Below, one piece after another: positions 38,306 through 48,996 of a DNA stretch of 64,000 bases. Positions within the stretch are counted from its first letter, which is position 1; each line of letters starts with the position of its first letter. Under the pieces are notes generated by a model. It searched no databases, was not told the origin of the DNA, and saw only the letters and a list, made by a program, of their open reading frames with translations. The DNA comes from Candidatus Dojkabacteria bacterium (GTDB lineage Bacteria > Patescibacteriota > Dojkabacteria > JAHIVN01): positions 1,014 through 65,013 of the forward strand of contig JAFGDO010000001.1 in assembly GCA_016932045.1 (NCBI GenBank), read 5' to 3'. The position numbers were made by a program, and so were the translations under genes.

Positions 38306-38887
38306 ATGAACCGTATAAGAATTAACAGAAAGAAAATTCTTCCTAAAAAAGCAAAAAAGGTTTTTTCGGGTGTAATTTTTGATGTGTATCACTGGGATCA
38401 AAAGGTGTTTGATGGAAGCACTCAAACCTTTGAGATGCTGAAACGACCGGATACTGCGGTGGTGATTCCGACAACTATTGACCGCAAGATTCTCGTTCAA
38501 TACGAAGAACAGCCACACAAGGGAAAATTTATATCCTTTCCTGGTGGACGAGTAAGTGATCCAATAAATATCGACTTAGAAGCAGCAAGAGAATTGAGCG
38601 AGGAAACCGGATATTCTTCATTAAAGTTAAAACTGTGGAAAGAGATACAACCAACGAGCAAGATGGACTACATGGTTTACTACTTTATTGCTCAAGGCTG
38701 CAAGAAAGTAACTAATCAAAAGCTCGATAAAGGAGAAAGAATAGAAGTAAGGCCACTTAGCCTTGACGAATTAATTAAACTCTTTGTCGAAGATAAGTTT
38801 AGAGGAACAGAGATAAAAGTTGATTTTTTGAAGGCCTATTACGACAAGAATATTCATAAACAATTAGAAAGAATACTATTTGGATAA
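38306..38887 (+). CDS. Nudix hydrolase, ADP-ribose pyrophosphatase-like
   Basis: FPGGR..AARELSEETGY; LDKGERIEV. Confidence 0.88.
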   Translation: MNRIRINRKKILPKKAKKVFSGVIFDVYHWDQKVFDGSTQTFEMLKRPDTAVVIPTTIDRKILVQYEEQPHKGKFISFPGGRVSDPINIDLEAARELSEETGYSSLKLKLWKEIQPTSKMDYMVYYFIAQGCKKVTNQKLDKGERIEVRPLSLDELIKLFVEDKFRGTEIKVDFLKAYYDKNIHKQLERILFG

Positions 38888-38892
38888 TCAAT

Positions 38893-39417
38893 ATGTCGCC
38901 CGAAACCGAACCAATTATTGCACCAATACAGGATCAAATTGCTCAAGCATTTGAGACATGGCCTTTTTCGGATAATCCCGGCTTGTCAACTTCAACTTTA
39001 CGGGTACTCGCGTGTACCCTTTTATATTCTCCACAACATTGGGGATTTTCCGTTTTACAGGAGAATGCAAATCAACAAACTGTATCCGTATCTACAAAAA
39101 ATGCCGCTCTTTCTAATCAAATAAGAAGAACACTAATCTGTTTAACACATAACCGAGGTAATACTGTACAAGCAGGTGGAATGCATCCTCAACCGCTTCA
39201 TGAGATTAAGTTTTCTATCACGTTAGCGGGACAAACAAAACTCCTTGCAATTGAACTCTACATCTTACGACAGCTCGGAAGAATTGCAAATCATATAAAA
39301 GTAATTTGGGATTTTGAACATGGTTGGAATCTTAACAACTCTCAGGATACAGGCTTACTTTCTGATACACAAGTATGTGCAATTTTGAAGGATGTTCAAC
39401 AGGCTTCATCCGTTTAA
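38893..39417 (+). CDS. Hypothetical protein
   Basis: 174-aa ORF filling the gap between neighbours; no recognisable motif. Confidence 0.5.
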   Translation: MSPETEPIIAPIQDQIAQAFETWPFSDNPGLSTSTLRVLACTLLYSPQHWGFSVLQENANQQTVSVSTKNAALSNQIRRTLICLTHNRGNTVQAGGMHPQPLHEIKFSITLAGQTKLLAIELYILRQLGRIANHIKVIWDFEHGWNLNNSQDTGLLSDTQVCAILKDVQQASSV

Positions 39418-40299
39418 TTACTTCCACTTCCGTTGAGTCTCAAATGTAGCATGAGGGTTGAACTTCCTTAAAAGCCTCTGAGGATTTTCTCCCAAGACTT
39501 TGATTTTATCTTCTGGAAATAAGAGACCAGTTCCTTTTTCTCTCAGCATATTTAGATAGCCGACATCTTCGATATCAAATCCCATTAAATACGTTGCAAG
39601 AGAATCTGCTGCTAATGCATCCAAAGAGCCAAGTGTCCAACCAGAATGTATCTCTGTGCCAAAAACCGGACCATCCCCTTCCATTCCGACAGTTCCATCA
39701 AGAATAGTAAGATTAGGATAAACAGTATTTGCAATCTTACTCATAATATCGTGAATAGCTTTTCCCCTATGTATCATAACACGCTCCCTAAACCTCTGGC
39801 TAATAGCACCGACTACAACATTTTTAATGCCAAGCGTCACAACAACCGTGTCATGAGTTTTTGGGCGAGTGATTGAAACAAGAAATGGAGCTTCAACTAA
39901 TGTTTTGCTTAAATGTAATGCCAATTCACCACCGGGACATTTAATATTCTTAAGAATTGTTTCATCATCGGCCAGATCAAATAAAAATACATCTGGGTAC
40001 TCATGTGATAAATCAACAAAGCCGTAATCTAGAAAAGCTTTCTTAGTATCTCCTCCAGAAGCTTCTTCTGCTATTATAATATTCCCCCCATAGAACGATC
40101 TCACAAAATCTACAAACGCATGTACAGCTTCAACAGGCGTAGTAGCAAGCTCATAATTAGTCGACACAAAATTAATTTTGACAACTATTTGGGAGACATT
40201 TTGAATAGCATCCTTTATATCTGATGCAAGAATTTCTAACGAATTTGTCACACCATAGAAGTGATCATCGCTTTTAACAAGGGATACTTTAGATTTCAT
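39418..40299 (-). CDS. DUF362 family protein
   Basis: VKINFV, ATTP, PKTH, TLGIKN, DGTVGMEGDGP, DALAAD; start moved to the MKSK ATG. Confidence 0.88.
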   Translation of the reverse strand: MKSKVSLVKSDDHFYGVTNSLEILASDIKDAIQNVSQIVVKINFVSTNYELATTPVEAVHAFVDFVRSFYGGNIIIAEEASGGDTKKAFLDYGFVDLSHEYPDVFLFDLADDETILKNIKCPGGELALHLSKTLVEAPFLVSITRPKTHDTVVVTLGIKNVVVGAISQRFRERVMIHRGKAIHDIMSKIANTVYPNLTILDGTVGMEGDGPVFGTEIHSGWTLGSLDALAADSLATYLMGFDIEDVGYLNMLREKGTGLLFPEDKIKVLGENPQRLLRKFNPHATFETQRKWK

Positions 40300-40344
40300 A
40301 CGAAGCATTATATTGGCAAGTATAATAGTTGTAAATATAATCAT

Positions 40345-40635
40345 TCAAGCTGTCTGGCTATCCAACTATCCGACAGTATAACAATCATCAGTCTACAATC
40401 ATCCTGCCTGCGACTAGCTTTGGCGAGTCGAGCTTGCTTGCAATGAGTTTACCGAACTGCCGAAGGACAATCTTCAATCTATTCGCTACTTGTCCTGAGC
40501 GTAGTCGAAGGATCTAGCTATCCAGCCACAAACTTACAGCTTTACGCAAACTATCAACCCATTTAAATACCATACTGTTTCTCTGCCTCTCTGTTTTTGC
40601 TGCTTATCTATTTGCCATTCCTTGCTTATTCGCCT
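40345..40635. repeat. Degenerate ~8-nt tandem repeats with embedded palindromic elements
   Basis: GCTGTCTG-GCTATCCA-ACTATCCG-ACAGTATA..; CGACTAGC..GCGAGTCG; TGTCCTGAGCGTAGTCGAAGGA (40491-40512). Confidence 0.65.
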
Positions 40636-40669
40636 AAAATTAAAACAGCTATCTTATTATCGAAACAAA

Positions 40670-41584
40670 ATGATAAAAGTACACGATCTTGCAATAATAG
40701 GCACAGGACCGGCAGGTTATGCTGCAGCTATATATGCTTCGCGCTATAAACTTGATTTTATTCTTATTGGTCAGGTTTCAGGAGGACTCGTGTCTGAGGC
40801 CCACACAATTTGTAACTATCCGGGATTTCAATCAATAACAGGAATGGAGCTTACGCAAAAATTTAAGGAACATATATCTATGCTAAGTGTACAAGAGGTA
40901 AATGACGAGGTCACCGAAGTAAAAGAGAGTAATGGTGAATTCTCAATAACAACAAGAAGCGACCAGAAATATTATGCAAAAAGTGTACTTTTGGCTATTG
41001 GAACAAAACGCAGGAAGTTAAATCTTTCGAACGAAGCGAAATTTCTTGGAAAAGGAGTGTCGTATTGTGCAACATGTGACGGAGGATTCTTTAAGGATAA
41101 AATAGTTGCTGTAGTTGGGGGAAGCGACGCAGCAAATACAGCTTCACTTTATCTTGCGAAACTTGCCTCAAAAGTCTATCAGATATATCGGAAGGACAAA
41201 CTTCGAGGTGACCCGACATGGGCTGATCAAGTGATGAAGAATGAGAAGATCGAAGTAGTACTGAATTCCAATATAGCAGAGCTTATAGGAGAAGATAATC
41301 TCGAGAAGATAATCCTTGATAGAGGACAGGAGATTAAAGTTGATGGATTGTTTGTTGAGATCGGCTCAGTACCAAATGAGACGCTCATCAAACAGCTCAA
41401 CATAAAGACTGATGACGAGAAATATATAATAGTGAATGCTGCTCAAAGAACAAACATAGATGGTGTCTGGGCAGCAGGAGATATAACTACAGCATCGAAT
41501 GGTTTTCGGCAGGTAATAACTGCTTGCGCAGAAGGATCAATAGCAGCAAATGATATATTTACTCATATATCTAGAAATACATAA
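40670..41584 (+). CDS. trxB: Thioredoxin reductase
   Basis: IIGTGPAG, GVSYCATCDG, VGGSDAA, AAGDI. Confidence 0.93.
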   Translation: MIKVHDLAIIGTGPAGYAAAIYASRYKLDFILIGQVSGGLVSEAHTICNYPGFQSITGMELTQKFKEHISMLSVQEVNDEVTEVKESNGEFSITTRSDQKYYAKSVLLAIGTKRRKLNLSNEAKFLGKGVSYCATCDGGFFKDKIVAVVGGSDAANTASLYLAKLASKVYQIYRKDKLRGDPTWADQVMKNEKIEVVLNSNIAELIGEDNLEKIILDRGQEIKVDGLFVEIGSVPNETLIKQLNIKTDDEKYIIVNAAQRTNIDGVWAAGDITTASNGFRQVITACAEGSIAANDIFTHISRNT

Positions 41585-41739
41585 GCCCCCGTCGATCCAA
41601 AAAAGTGAATTTTCTTATAGCATTACCCTCACACACAAACTTCCTATCCGAAACTCCTATAGAAATAGTTACAAAACCTTTACTTATTTTCCTGTTGTGA
41701 TAATATCATTCATATATAACTCCTTAATATCGATTATAT

Positions 41740-43338
41740 ATGGCCCGGCATGCAGACATTGGCATATATGGAATAGGTGTTATGGGTCTTGCATTAGCAA
41801 GAAATATTGCAGGTAAAGGATATAAAGTAGTAGTAGCCAATCGGACAGTAATTGAAGCAAAAAAAGCACTAGAAGAAATACGAAGATTTAAAGAATCAAA
41901 AAACATTTTCCTAGCACAAGATATCTCTGATCTTGTAAAAGATGTAAAAGGACCTCTTATTCTCCTTATTCCCTCGGGCGATCCCCAAGAAGATCTCGTG
42001 ACAGGAAAATCGACCGCTCCTGTAGATGATGTAATCTTCAATGGAAGTGAATCAATAAAAGAAAATGGCAAGACCTTCAGGGTAAAGCCTCTGATAAAAC
42101 TTGTAGGCAAAAATCATATAATTATAGATGCAGGTAATTCTCATCCATATGCTTCAGCCATCCGTGATCTTCGACTTTCGAAACTTGGAATACAATTCCT
42201 TGGGATGGGAGTTAGTGGCGGTGAAATGGGTGCACTAAAGGGCCCAGCTCTCATGCCAGGAGGAGCATACTCAACATATAAATCTGCAGAAAAGTTACTC
42301 AAATCAGCAGCAGCAAAAAAAGGTAAGACAGTTTGTTGTGATTGGATGGGCCCTGGAGGGGCCGGTCACTTTGTTAAAATTATACATAACGGGATTGAAT
42401 ACGGCATTATGCAAGCTATCGCTGAATGTTATTTCTTGCTTAGGGAAGGCTTCAGTTTCTCAAACAAAGAGCTACACGAATTCTTCAGTGAGTGTAATAA
42501 GGGAAGCTTTAAAAGCTACTTACTCGAGATAACAGCACATATTTTAAATACCCATAATGACAATGAGGAATATATCCTAGACCAAATTCTAGATAGTGCT
42601 GGAGCCAAGGGGACAGGCAAGTGGACTACTCAAATTGCAGCAGATCTTGGTATTGCAACAGGAAATATATATGCAGCGCTGGAAGCCAGGCAATTATCGA
42701 ATAAGAAAGAAGAAAGAGAGAGGATCGGTAAGTTAATAAAGAAAAACAAATTGGATGTTAATCGTATCTCAAAGAAAAAAATAAAAGAAACAGCAAAGGA
42801 TTCTCTTTATGCCTCAATTCTCACTTCATACATTCAAGGCTTTCATATCCTCAGGGCAGCTTCAGATGAATTAACTTATACAGCGCCACATAGAGCATTT
42901 GCTGAGAAGTTAAGCCATTACAAGAAAGAAGAGCTAAATACTAAACTCAATTTTGCTAAAATTGCTAACGTGTGGAAATCTGGATGCATCATAAGATCAA
43001 ATCTATTGGAGCTATTTGAAAAGGTATTTAAAGAGGAGAAAGTGGATAATTTATTCTTAAGTAAAAGGATAACTGCTCTTTTCAAAAAGTTTTATAAGAA
43101 CTGGAAAGAGGCGGTAAAAATATCGATATCTATGGATTTGCCTTATTCTGTATCAACATCAAGTTTAAATTACCTAAATAGTTTCAGAAGTCAAAATTTA
43201 CCAGCAAATCTTACCCAGGCACAACGAGATCTTTTTGGTGCTCATACTTTCAAAAAGATAAGTGATTCTTATACTCACCATTTTAATTGGGGAGCAAAAT
43301 ACTCCATAACTCCAACATATAAAATCTCAGATAAGTAA
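41740..43338 (+). CDS. gnd: 6-phosphogluconate dehydrogenase, decarboxylating
   Basis: GIGVMG, DAGNS, GVSGGEMGA, GHFVKIIHNGIEY, KGTGKWT, QAQRDLFGAHT. Confidence 0.96.
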   Translation: MARHADIGIYGIGVMGLALARNIAGKGYKVVVANRTVIEAKKALEEIRRFKESKNIFLAQDISDLVKDVKGPLILLIPSGDPQEDLVTGKSTAPVDDVIFNGSESIKENGKTFRVKPLIKLVGKNHIIIDAGNSHPYASAIRDLRLSKLGIQFLGMGVSGGEMGALKGPALMPGGAYSTYKSAEKLLKSAAAKKGKTVCCDWMGPGGAGHFVKIIHNGIEYGIMQAIAECYFLLREGFSFSNKELHEFFSECNKGSFKSYLLEITAHILNTHNDNEEYILDQILDSAGAKGTGKWTTQIAADLGIATGNIYAALEARQLSNKKEERERIGKLIKKNKLDVNRISKKKIKETAKDSLYASILTSYIQGFHILRAASDELTYTAPHRAFAEKLSHYKKEELNTKLNFAKIANVWKSGCIIRSNLLELFEKVFKEEKVDNLFLSKRITALFKKFYKNWKEAVKISISMDLPYSVSTSSLNYLNSFRSQNLPANLTQAQRDLFGAHTFKKISDSYTHHFNWGAKYSITPTYKISDK

Positions 43339-43341
43339 CTT

Positions 43342-44838
43342 ATGAAAGTCGTTTGTATTGATGCAGGTACTTCTACTATTAAAGCCCAAGTGTATGACGA
43401 GAACGGCCCGATTTCGCAGGTTGTAAGGACTACATCATCTCATTGTTTTGATTTAAAAGAAGGAATAATTCATCATAAAGAATTTATACTTTCCACAAGG
43501 AAATGTCTTAGAAAAGTAATAGCTCTTCTTGAAGAAAAGATTGTTGACGCTATTGGACTTGTTACAGTTGGTCCATCACTTGCTATATTTGACAAGAATC
43601 GAGAGCTTTTAAAAGTTAGAAACTACAACTTCCAGACTGCTCAAGCAGGTATAAGAAAAATTATTGGAATGAATTTGTATAAAGCCCGTGGTGTTGGTGC
43701 TGGTTCACAATTTACGCCGGAACAGATCATTCAGTTAAAGAAAGACAAGGCCTTACCCGAGAATCCCTACTTCTCATCCATTGCAAGTATCTTGTGCAAA
43801 AGTCTAGGAGGAGAAATCAAAAACTGGACTTATCCCGAAGCTTCTTACAACGGCTTACTTGATATCCAAAGATTTAAATACTTAGATCAGCTTTTTCAAG
43901 AATTTGGCCTTCAAAAGAGCTCGTTCCCTAAATTCACTTTAGGGCCAAGCGGATATCTTTCTATGGATTTAAAGGAAAAATATGGAATACCCAACAATCA
44001 CAAAATTCCCATTTACTGTTTTGGAACAGACGGACCGGCAACACAGGCTTATATAGGCGAGCATTTATCAACCTTCAAGATAGAATCTACTTGTGCAATC
44101 AGGGTAATGGGCAGCCATCCAATATTTAATAATAAACCACTCATAAAAGGTTTTCCTGGTGTCTGGAATGTTGCTTTCAAGGATTCTAGGACGGATACTT
44201 GTTTTGTGAGTGGAGCTACAACAAATGCTGGAGTGAATACAATAAAACATTATTTTCCTGAGTTAAGTGATCAACAATTAGAAGAATTTGATGAAGAACT
44301 AATTAAGTTGATGCAGAATGGACTACCATCAAAAAGAGAAGTTGGAATTGAGTTACCTTTTGAATTTGGAGAAAGGGATGGAATCCCAAGAAGGTCAGGA
44401 ATTTTAGGTAAAAAGCCTAAGGATAAAATACTACTTTATTATGCTATTAAGGAAGGAGTTCTATTTAATATGATGCAAAGAGTATTACTTGTAAGAAAAG
44501 CGCAACAAGAAGCAGGCAATAAGCTAGGAAATAAATTCTTAACCACAGGCGCTATAAATGTCTCAAAACCTTGGTTGGATCTAGCCATCCTAATGCTAAG
44601 TGAAATCATAGACATAAATGATCCCGAACTGATAAATCCGAACTACCCTGAATTAGCATTAACTGCTATTGCTCGTGGAACATTTAAAAAGCTTGGAGTT
44701 AAAAACTCAATTACTGCCGGAGGGAATTCATCTGATCTAAATTCTTTGTCATTTAAACCTTCGGAAAACACCTGCGGGCACATTAAAAAGCGCTGGCAGT
44801 TATATAATGAGTTTTACGATAAGACTACAAAGGTCTAA
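43342..44838 (+). CDS. FGGY-family sugar kinase, probable gluconokinase
   Basis: IDAGTSTIKA, GTDG, LPFEFGER, AIKEGV; 3 nt downstream of gnd. Confidence 0.7.
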   Translation: MKVVCIDAGTSTIKAQVYDENGPISQVVRTTSSHCFDLKEGIIHHKEFILSTRKCLRKVIALLEEKIVDAIGLVTVGPSLAIFDKNRELLKVRNYNFQTAQAGIRKIIGMNLYKARGVGAGSQFTPEQIIQLKKDKALPENPYFSSIASILCKSLGGEIKNWTYPEASYNGLLDIQRFKYLDQLFQEFGLQKSSFPKFTLGPSGYLSMDLKEKYGIPNNHKIPIYCFGTDGPATQAYIGEHLSTFKIESTCAIRVMGSHPIFNNKPLIKGFPGVWNVAFKDSRTDTCFVSGATTNAGVNTIKHYFPELSDQQLEEFDEELIKLMQNGLPSKREVGIELPFEFGERDGIPRRSGILGKKPKDKILLYYAIKEGVLFNMMQRVLLVRKAQQEAGNKLGNKFLTTGAINVSKPWLDLAILMLSEIIDINDPELINPNYPELALTAIARGTFKKLGVKNSITAGGNSSDLNSLSFKPSENTCGHIKKRWQLYNEFYDKTTKV

Positions 44839-44889
44839 CTAAAAATATTGAGGAATGAGCCTCAAATTCAAGATGGTTGGTTGCTTAGC

Positions 44890-45504
44890 CTAATCAGAAT
44901 AATATCTTTTTTCTATTGCAAGCAAGACTGCATGTATCTTCTTTGACAAAGTTTTAGAATACTTTTCGATTCTAAAATTCTTCACATCTTTGACTAACAC
45001 ATAACTACCAAGCTTTGCTTTTAGGCTGGATGAAAAAAAGCCTATATCTCCCCTACCTACACTTACAACATTTGACTCTACTTCATCTAATTTATATGAA
45101 AACACTTTTTTATATTTACTATAGATCCATCCGGGACAAGTATAACTTTGATTTGTCAGTTTGAGTGCTTTTGGAAGTGAAAACCCCTCTAGAGATTCAA
45201 CAAACGGCACTTCGGCTCCTTTCTGTAAAGCCTTGCCCTTTTTCTCTAGAAGTTCAGATAATCTTTTGATTTCATCCGATAGAGGAACTTCCTCTACACC
45301 AAAAAAATATTGAATAGGTTTTCCAAGGGCTTTTGCAATTTTTTCAAGGTTCTTTCTCGGACTACTTTTCCCGTTCTCATATCTTGATATCATTTCCCAA
45401 GTTACTCCAATTTTTTTCCCAAGTTGCGATTGGCTCAACTGCGATTCTGCCCTGGCTTTTTTAATCTGAAGACCTATTTTTTTATCCTGCATTATTATGT
45501 TCAT
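44890..45504 (-). CDS. XRE-family HTH regulator with a degenerate S24-like C-terminus
   Basis: IKKAR..LSQSQLG..ISRYENGKSSP..LEKIAKAL; start codon uncertain. Confidence 0.85.
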   Translation of the reverse strand: MNIIMQDKKIGLQIKKARAESQLSQSQLGKKIGVTWEMISRYENGKSSPRKNLEKIAKALGKPIQYFFGVEEVPLSDEIKRLSELLEKKGKALQKGAEVPFVESLEGFSLPKALKLTNQSYTCPGWIYSKYKKVFSYKLDEVESNVVSVGRGDIGFFSSSLKAKLGSYVLVKDVKNFRIEKYSKTLSKKIHAVLLAIEKRYYSD

Positions 45505-45559
45505 AAAATTTAATATAGTGTTTTGAGTTCCGCTCTCCAATCTTCCTTCAATGATTCAT

Positions 45560-45760
45560 ATTCTTAATTCTTAATTCTTAATTCTTAATTCTTAATTATA
45601 TAACACATATTACTATATCATATAATATGAAAGATTTACAGGTAGGTGTAGTAAGACGACAGGAATAGATAGGCAGTAAAGTAGTTAAATAGTTAGTTAG
45701 ATAGTAAGTAGTTACTAGATGACTGATTTGAGATATAAGTTATCAGTTATCAAGATAGCC
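45560..45760. repeat. (TTCTTAA)x5 heptamer run and a degenerate purine-rich ~8-mer array
   Basis: ATTCTTAATTCTTAATTCTTAATTCTTAATTCTTAATT; ..AGTAAAGT-AGTTAAAT-AGTTAGTT-AGATAGTA.. Confidence 0.7.
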
Positions 45761-45798
45761 TTACACTTTCGCGCTATTTATAATATACTTACCTGACC

Positions 45799-47052
45799 AT
45801 GAAAGAACAAATTCAAAAGTCGCGACTGAAGAACAAACTAAGGGTGCTACTTATAAACAAAGAGGGGTTACAAACAACGACTATAATATTTAAGACAAAT
45901 GTAGGAAGTATAAATGAGCCACAAGGGAAAAATGGCTTGTGCACTCTTACTCACAGAATGAATCTGCGGGGAATAAAAAGAATCCCCGACACTTACAAAC
46001 TCAATCTGGAAATAGAAAAGATTGGTGCAAGCCTAGTTTCCAGTTCTACAAAAGAAATAACCTCTTTTGCCATAACAGCCCAGAAACAATTTCTTCCACA
46101 AGTCATAAAGTTACTTGCTGAAGTTATAGAGACACCTATAGATAAATCAGAAGACCTTAAGAAAGAAAAAATCATTCTGACTTCTCAAATAGAAGAACTT
46201 GAAGATAATCCGATGGAATATGCCCTGATAAAATTTACACAACAAGTTTATAAGGACACCAAGCTAGAAAATCTCTCACTTGGGAGTATCATTCACTTAA
46301 AAAAGATAGATATTAGAGATATTAGGCTTTTCAGAAAAAAGTATTTTAATAGCGAAGCTTTAATTACAGTAAGCGGAGATCTTGAAAATGCCAAGGTCTT
46401 AAGCCTCCTAGAAAAGAACTTCGCATTTAAACTTAATCTCTACAGACCAACCAAGGTAAAGTTTAAAAGACCGAAACAACTACTCCAATTCATCAGAAAA
46501 GAGATAGCACAACCAGTTTTTGTCCTGGGGGGAACTGCTCCAAATTATACTTCTAAAGACTACTATCATTTCCTCATCGGCAAAATGATACTAGGTACCG
46601 GAACGGGATCAAAACTTCACCAAACAATACGCGAAAAGTTACATCTAGCATATTATGCATACTCTTTTTTTGCACCAACAGGAATCATAGGGATGTGCGG
46701 AGGAATATCCGGCGTTTTAGGACAAAAATTGAAAGATGCAATTTATGCGACTAGGGAGGAAATTAGGAAAGTATCAAAGGGCGAATTCTCACAAGACGAA
46801 ATAGAACGGGCAAAGGGATTATATGAAGGGATGCTTATAGGATTCAACGAGTCAAGTACAGAACTTGCTTCATTTTACAGCAACCAGTTAATGTACAAGG
46901 GAAGAATTGAGAAAAGTAGAGACATACTAAATAATGTAAAAGCTGTCTCAAAGGAAGATATAGCTTTAAGTTTTAGAAAACACTTGGGAAAAGGCATGTA
47001 TTTAACCTTAATTACACATGAAAGAGAGAATGATTTAAAATGGGAATCATGA
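45799..47052 (+). CDS. M16 (pitrilysin) family peptidase homolog lacking HXXEH
   Basis: GSINEP..GLCTLTHRM in place of HXXEH; SKLHQTIREKLHLAY. Confidence 0.85.
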   Translation: MKEQIQKSRLKNKLRVLLINKEGLQTTTIIFKTNVGSINEPQGKNGLCTLTHRMNLRGIKRIPDTYKLNLEIEKIGASLVSSSTKEITSFAITAQKQFLPQVIKLLAEVIETPIDKSEDLKKEKIILTSQIEELEDNPMEYALIKFTQQVYKDTKLENLSLGSIIHLKKIDIRDIRLFRKKYFNSEALITVSGDLENAKVLSLLEKNFAFKLNLYRPTKVKFKRPKQLLQFIRKEIAQPVFVLGGTAPNYTSKDYYHFLIGKMILGTGTGSKLHQTIREKLHLAYYAYSFFAPTGIIGMCGGISGVLGQKLKDAIYATREEIRKVSKGEFSQDEIERAKGLYEGMLIGFNESSTELASFYSNQLMYKGRIEKSRDILNNVKAVSKEDIALSFRKHLGKGMYLTLITHERENDLKWES

Positions 47053-48338
47053 AGATAAACCGAACTAAATTTAAAAATGGGGTCAGAATTCTTCATTATT
47101 ACTTGCCAACTACCAATTCTGTATCTTTATGTATACTATTTAAAACCGGACCTGTAGATGAAAAGCCAGAAGAATATGGGCTTGCTCACTTTATTGAGCA
47201 TTCTACTGGAGATGGTACAAGAAACTACCCTGACAAGAAAAAAGCGGATTTCCTGCTTGAAACCTTAGGCGTTGTGGAAAATGCATGGACAGGAAAAAAT
47301 GCCACTTGTTATTGGATGAAGTCTCCAATAAAGAATTTCTCAAAGGCCGCAGATATCTTATTCGACAAGATAACAAATCCTTTGTTTAGAGAAGAATCTG
47401 TCCAGAAGCAAAAGAGAGTAATAATTGAAGAGATAAAGATGCGCCGAGACGACCCAAATATCGTGGCCTGGGATGCTCTTTCAGAAAATATATTTGCATC
47501 ACCTGCTTTAAGCCATATAAATATAGGAAGCGAGAAGACAGTAAGCTCATTCAATCAAGATATGCTCTTTAACTTTTTTAAAAAAAATTATCACTTCAAT
47601 AATGCGCTTATCTGGATAGGAGGAAATATAAAGTTTGACGAAGTCCTTAAAGTATTAGGAAAGTTCAAACTTCCCAAGGGACCGGAAAAGAAAGAAACTA
47701 AGTATGAAAAAGCATCAGGCAAGTACTGCACCTTCCACAAGATGGATATATCTTCAGCCTATGTATACATAGGTATCAATGGATTTCCAATCGACAAAAA
47801 AAACTATTATCAACTGGCTCTTGCGAATACAATACTTGGAGAAGGCGAAGGAAGCTTTCTAAATCAAAGTTTAAAAGTCCAGAATCCCTTAGTATCAGCA
47901 ACAGGATCCGAAATTATTTCTTTTACTAAAGATGGCCTACTACTTACTTTTTTTATTTCTTCAAATGACAATATTACAAAGGCCTGCAATATTTCTTTTG
48001 AACAAATTAAAAGAGTTTTAGATGGTAATATAAACGGCTCTCTCCTTGACCGTGCCAAGAACCTCATGAAGACAGAATTCGCTTCTTTGCAAGAAACCTC
48101 TGATAAATTCGTGTGTTTCAGTTCCGATTACTCAAATCTACCGCGTTTTGAGTTACTTACCGGAAGAAAGAAAAACCTGGATGATATACTAAATACAATT
48201 AACTTAACAACAATAAACGATATAAGAAAGTCATTCCAAGAAACAATCAAAAATAGTAAAATAGTTGTTAGTGTATCGGGACCTGACCCGAAGGTTAAAG
48301 GACAAATAGATAAGATTTTAGAAAAGTCCAATCTTTAA
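47049..48338 (+). CDS. M16 family zinc peptidase, active
   Basis: GLAHFIEH, NAWT, VIIEEI. Confidence 0.9.
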   Translation: MKINRTKFKNGVRILHYYLPTTNSVSLCILFKTGPVDEKPEEYGLAHFIEHSTGDGTRNYPDKKKADFLLETLGVVENAWTGKNATCYWMKSPIKNFSKAADILFDKITNPLFREESVQKQKRVIIEEIKMRRDDPNIVAWDALSENIFASPALSHINIGSEKTVSSFNQDMLFNFFKKNYHFNNALIWIGGNIKFDEVLKVLGKFKLPKGPEKKETKYEKASGKYCTFHKMDISSAYVYIGINGFPIDKKNYYQLALANTILGEGEGSFLNQSLKVQNPLVSATGSEIISFTKDGLLLTFFISSNDNITKACNISFEQIKRVLDGNINGSLLDRAKNLMKTEFASLQETSDKFVCFSSDYSNLPRFELLTGRKKNLDDILNTINLTTINDIRKSFQETIKNSKIVVSVSGPDPKVKGQIDKILEKSNL

Positions 48339-48340
48339 GT

Positions 48341-48862
48341 ATGATCTATATTGTTATCCTATCAATTACAACTCTTTTTTTTCTCTTTGCACTCATCTTA
48401 ACTCCCTACATCAAAAAGTTACTTGGTATAAAGATATGTGCACTTTGTGCTGCTTGTAGCTTATCCTGGATTACTCTTCTCATACTGCGTAGTTTCAAAA
48501 TTCTTGACGTTGATAATATTCTAGTTGGAGTTCTAATGGGAGGAAGTGTTGTAGGAATCGAAGAAACTGTTGAGGATTATTTTGAGAGTAATAGGATAAA
48601 AAAGTTTTGGTTTTTCAGACTTTTAATAGTTATTGTCGGCTATTACACTGCTTACTCAGTTGCGATCGAGAATTTTCCAATGATACTTATTGGAAGTATT
48701 GCAACATTAATAATCGTTATTTCAATATATATGTTTATCTTTAAAAACAAACAAAAAGTAAAAGAAGGAAAACAAAAGGCTGACGAAGAACAGGAAAACT
48801 TTTCAAATGAAGAGGAAGAGGCAATCAAAAAACTGGAAAAGAGCCTCGAGGACTGCTGTTAG
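48341..48862 (+). CDS. Membrane protein with CxxCxxC and C-terminal CC
   Basis: KICALCAACS, LMGGSVVGI, LEDCC; several TMs. Confidence 0.65.
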   Translation: MIYIVILSITTLFFLFALILTPYIKKLLGIKICALCAACSLSWITLLILRSFKILDVDNILVGVLMGGSVVGIEETVEDYFESNRIKKFWFFRLLIVIVGYYTAYSVAIENFPMILIGSIATLIIVISIYMFIFKNKQKVKEGKQKADEEQENFSNEEEEAIKKLEKSLEDCC

Positions 48863-48996
48863 TCACGCAGCTATAAAAAATTGTGTAAATATAAATATCA
48901 GCTTACTTCTATTTAGTAAATATTTCTTCATTCTATTTCGACAACACATAAAATATCACGTATAATTTCTGTGCTAATATTTTAATAATACCCTTA

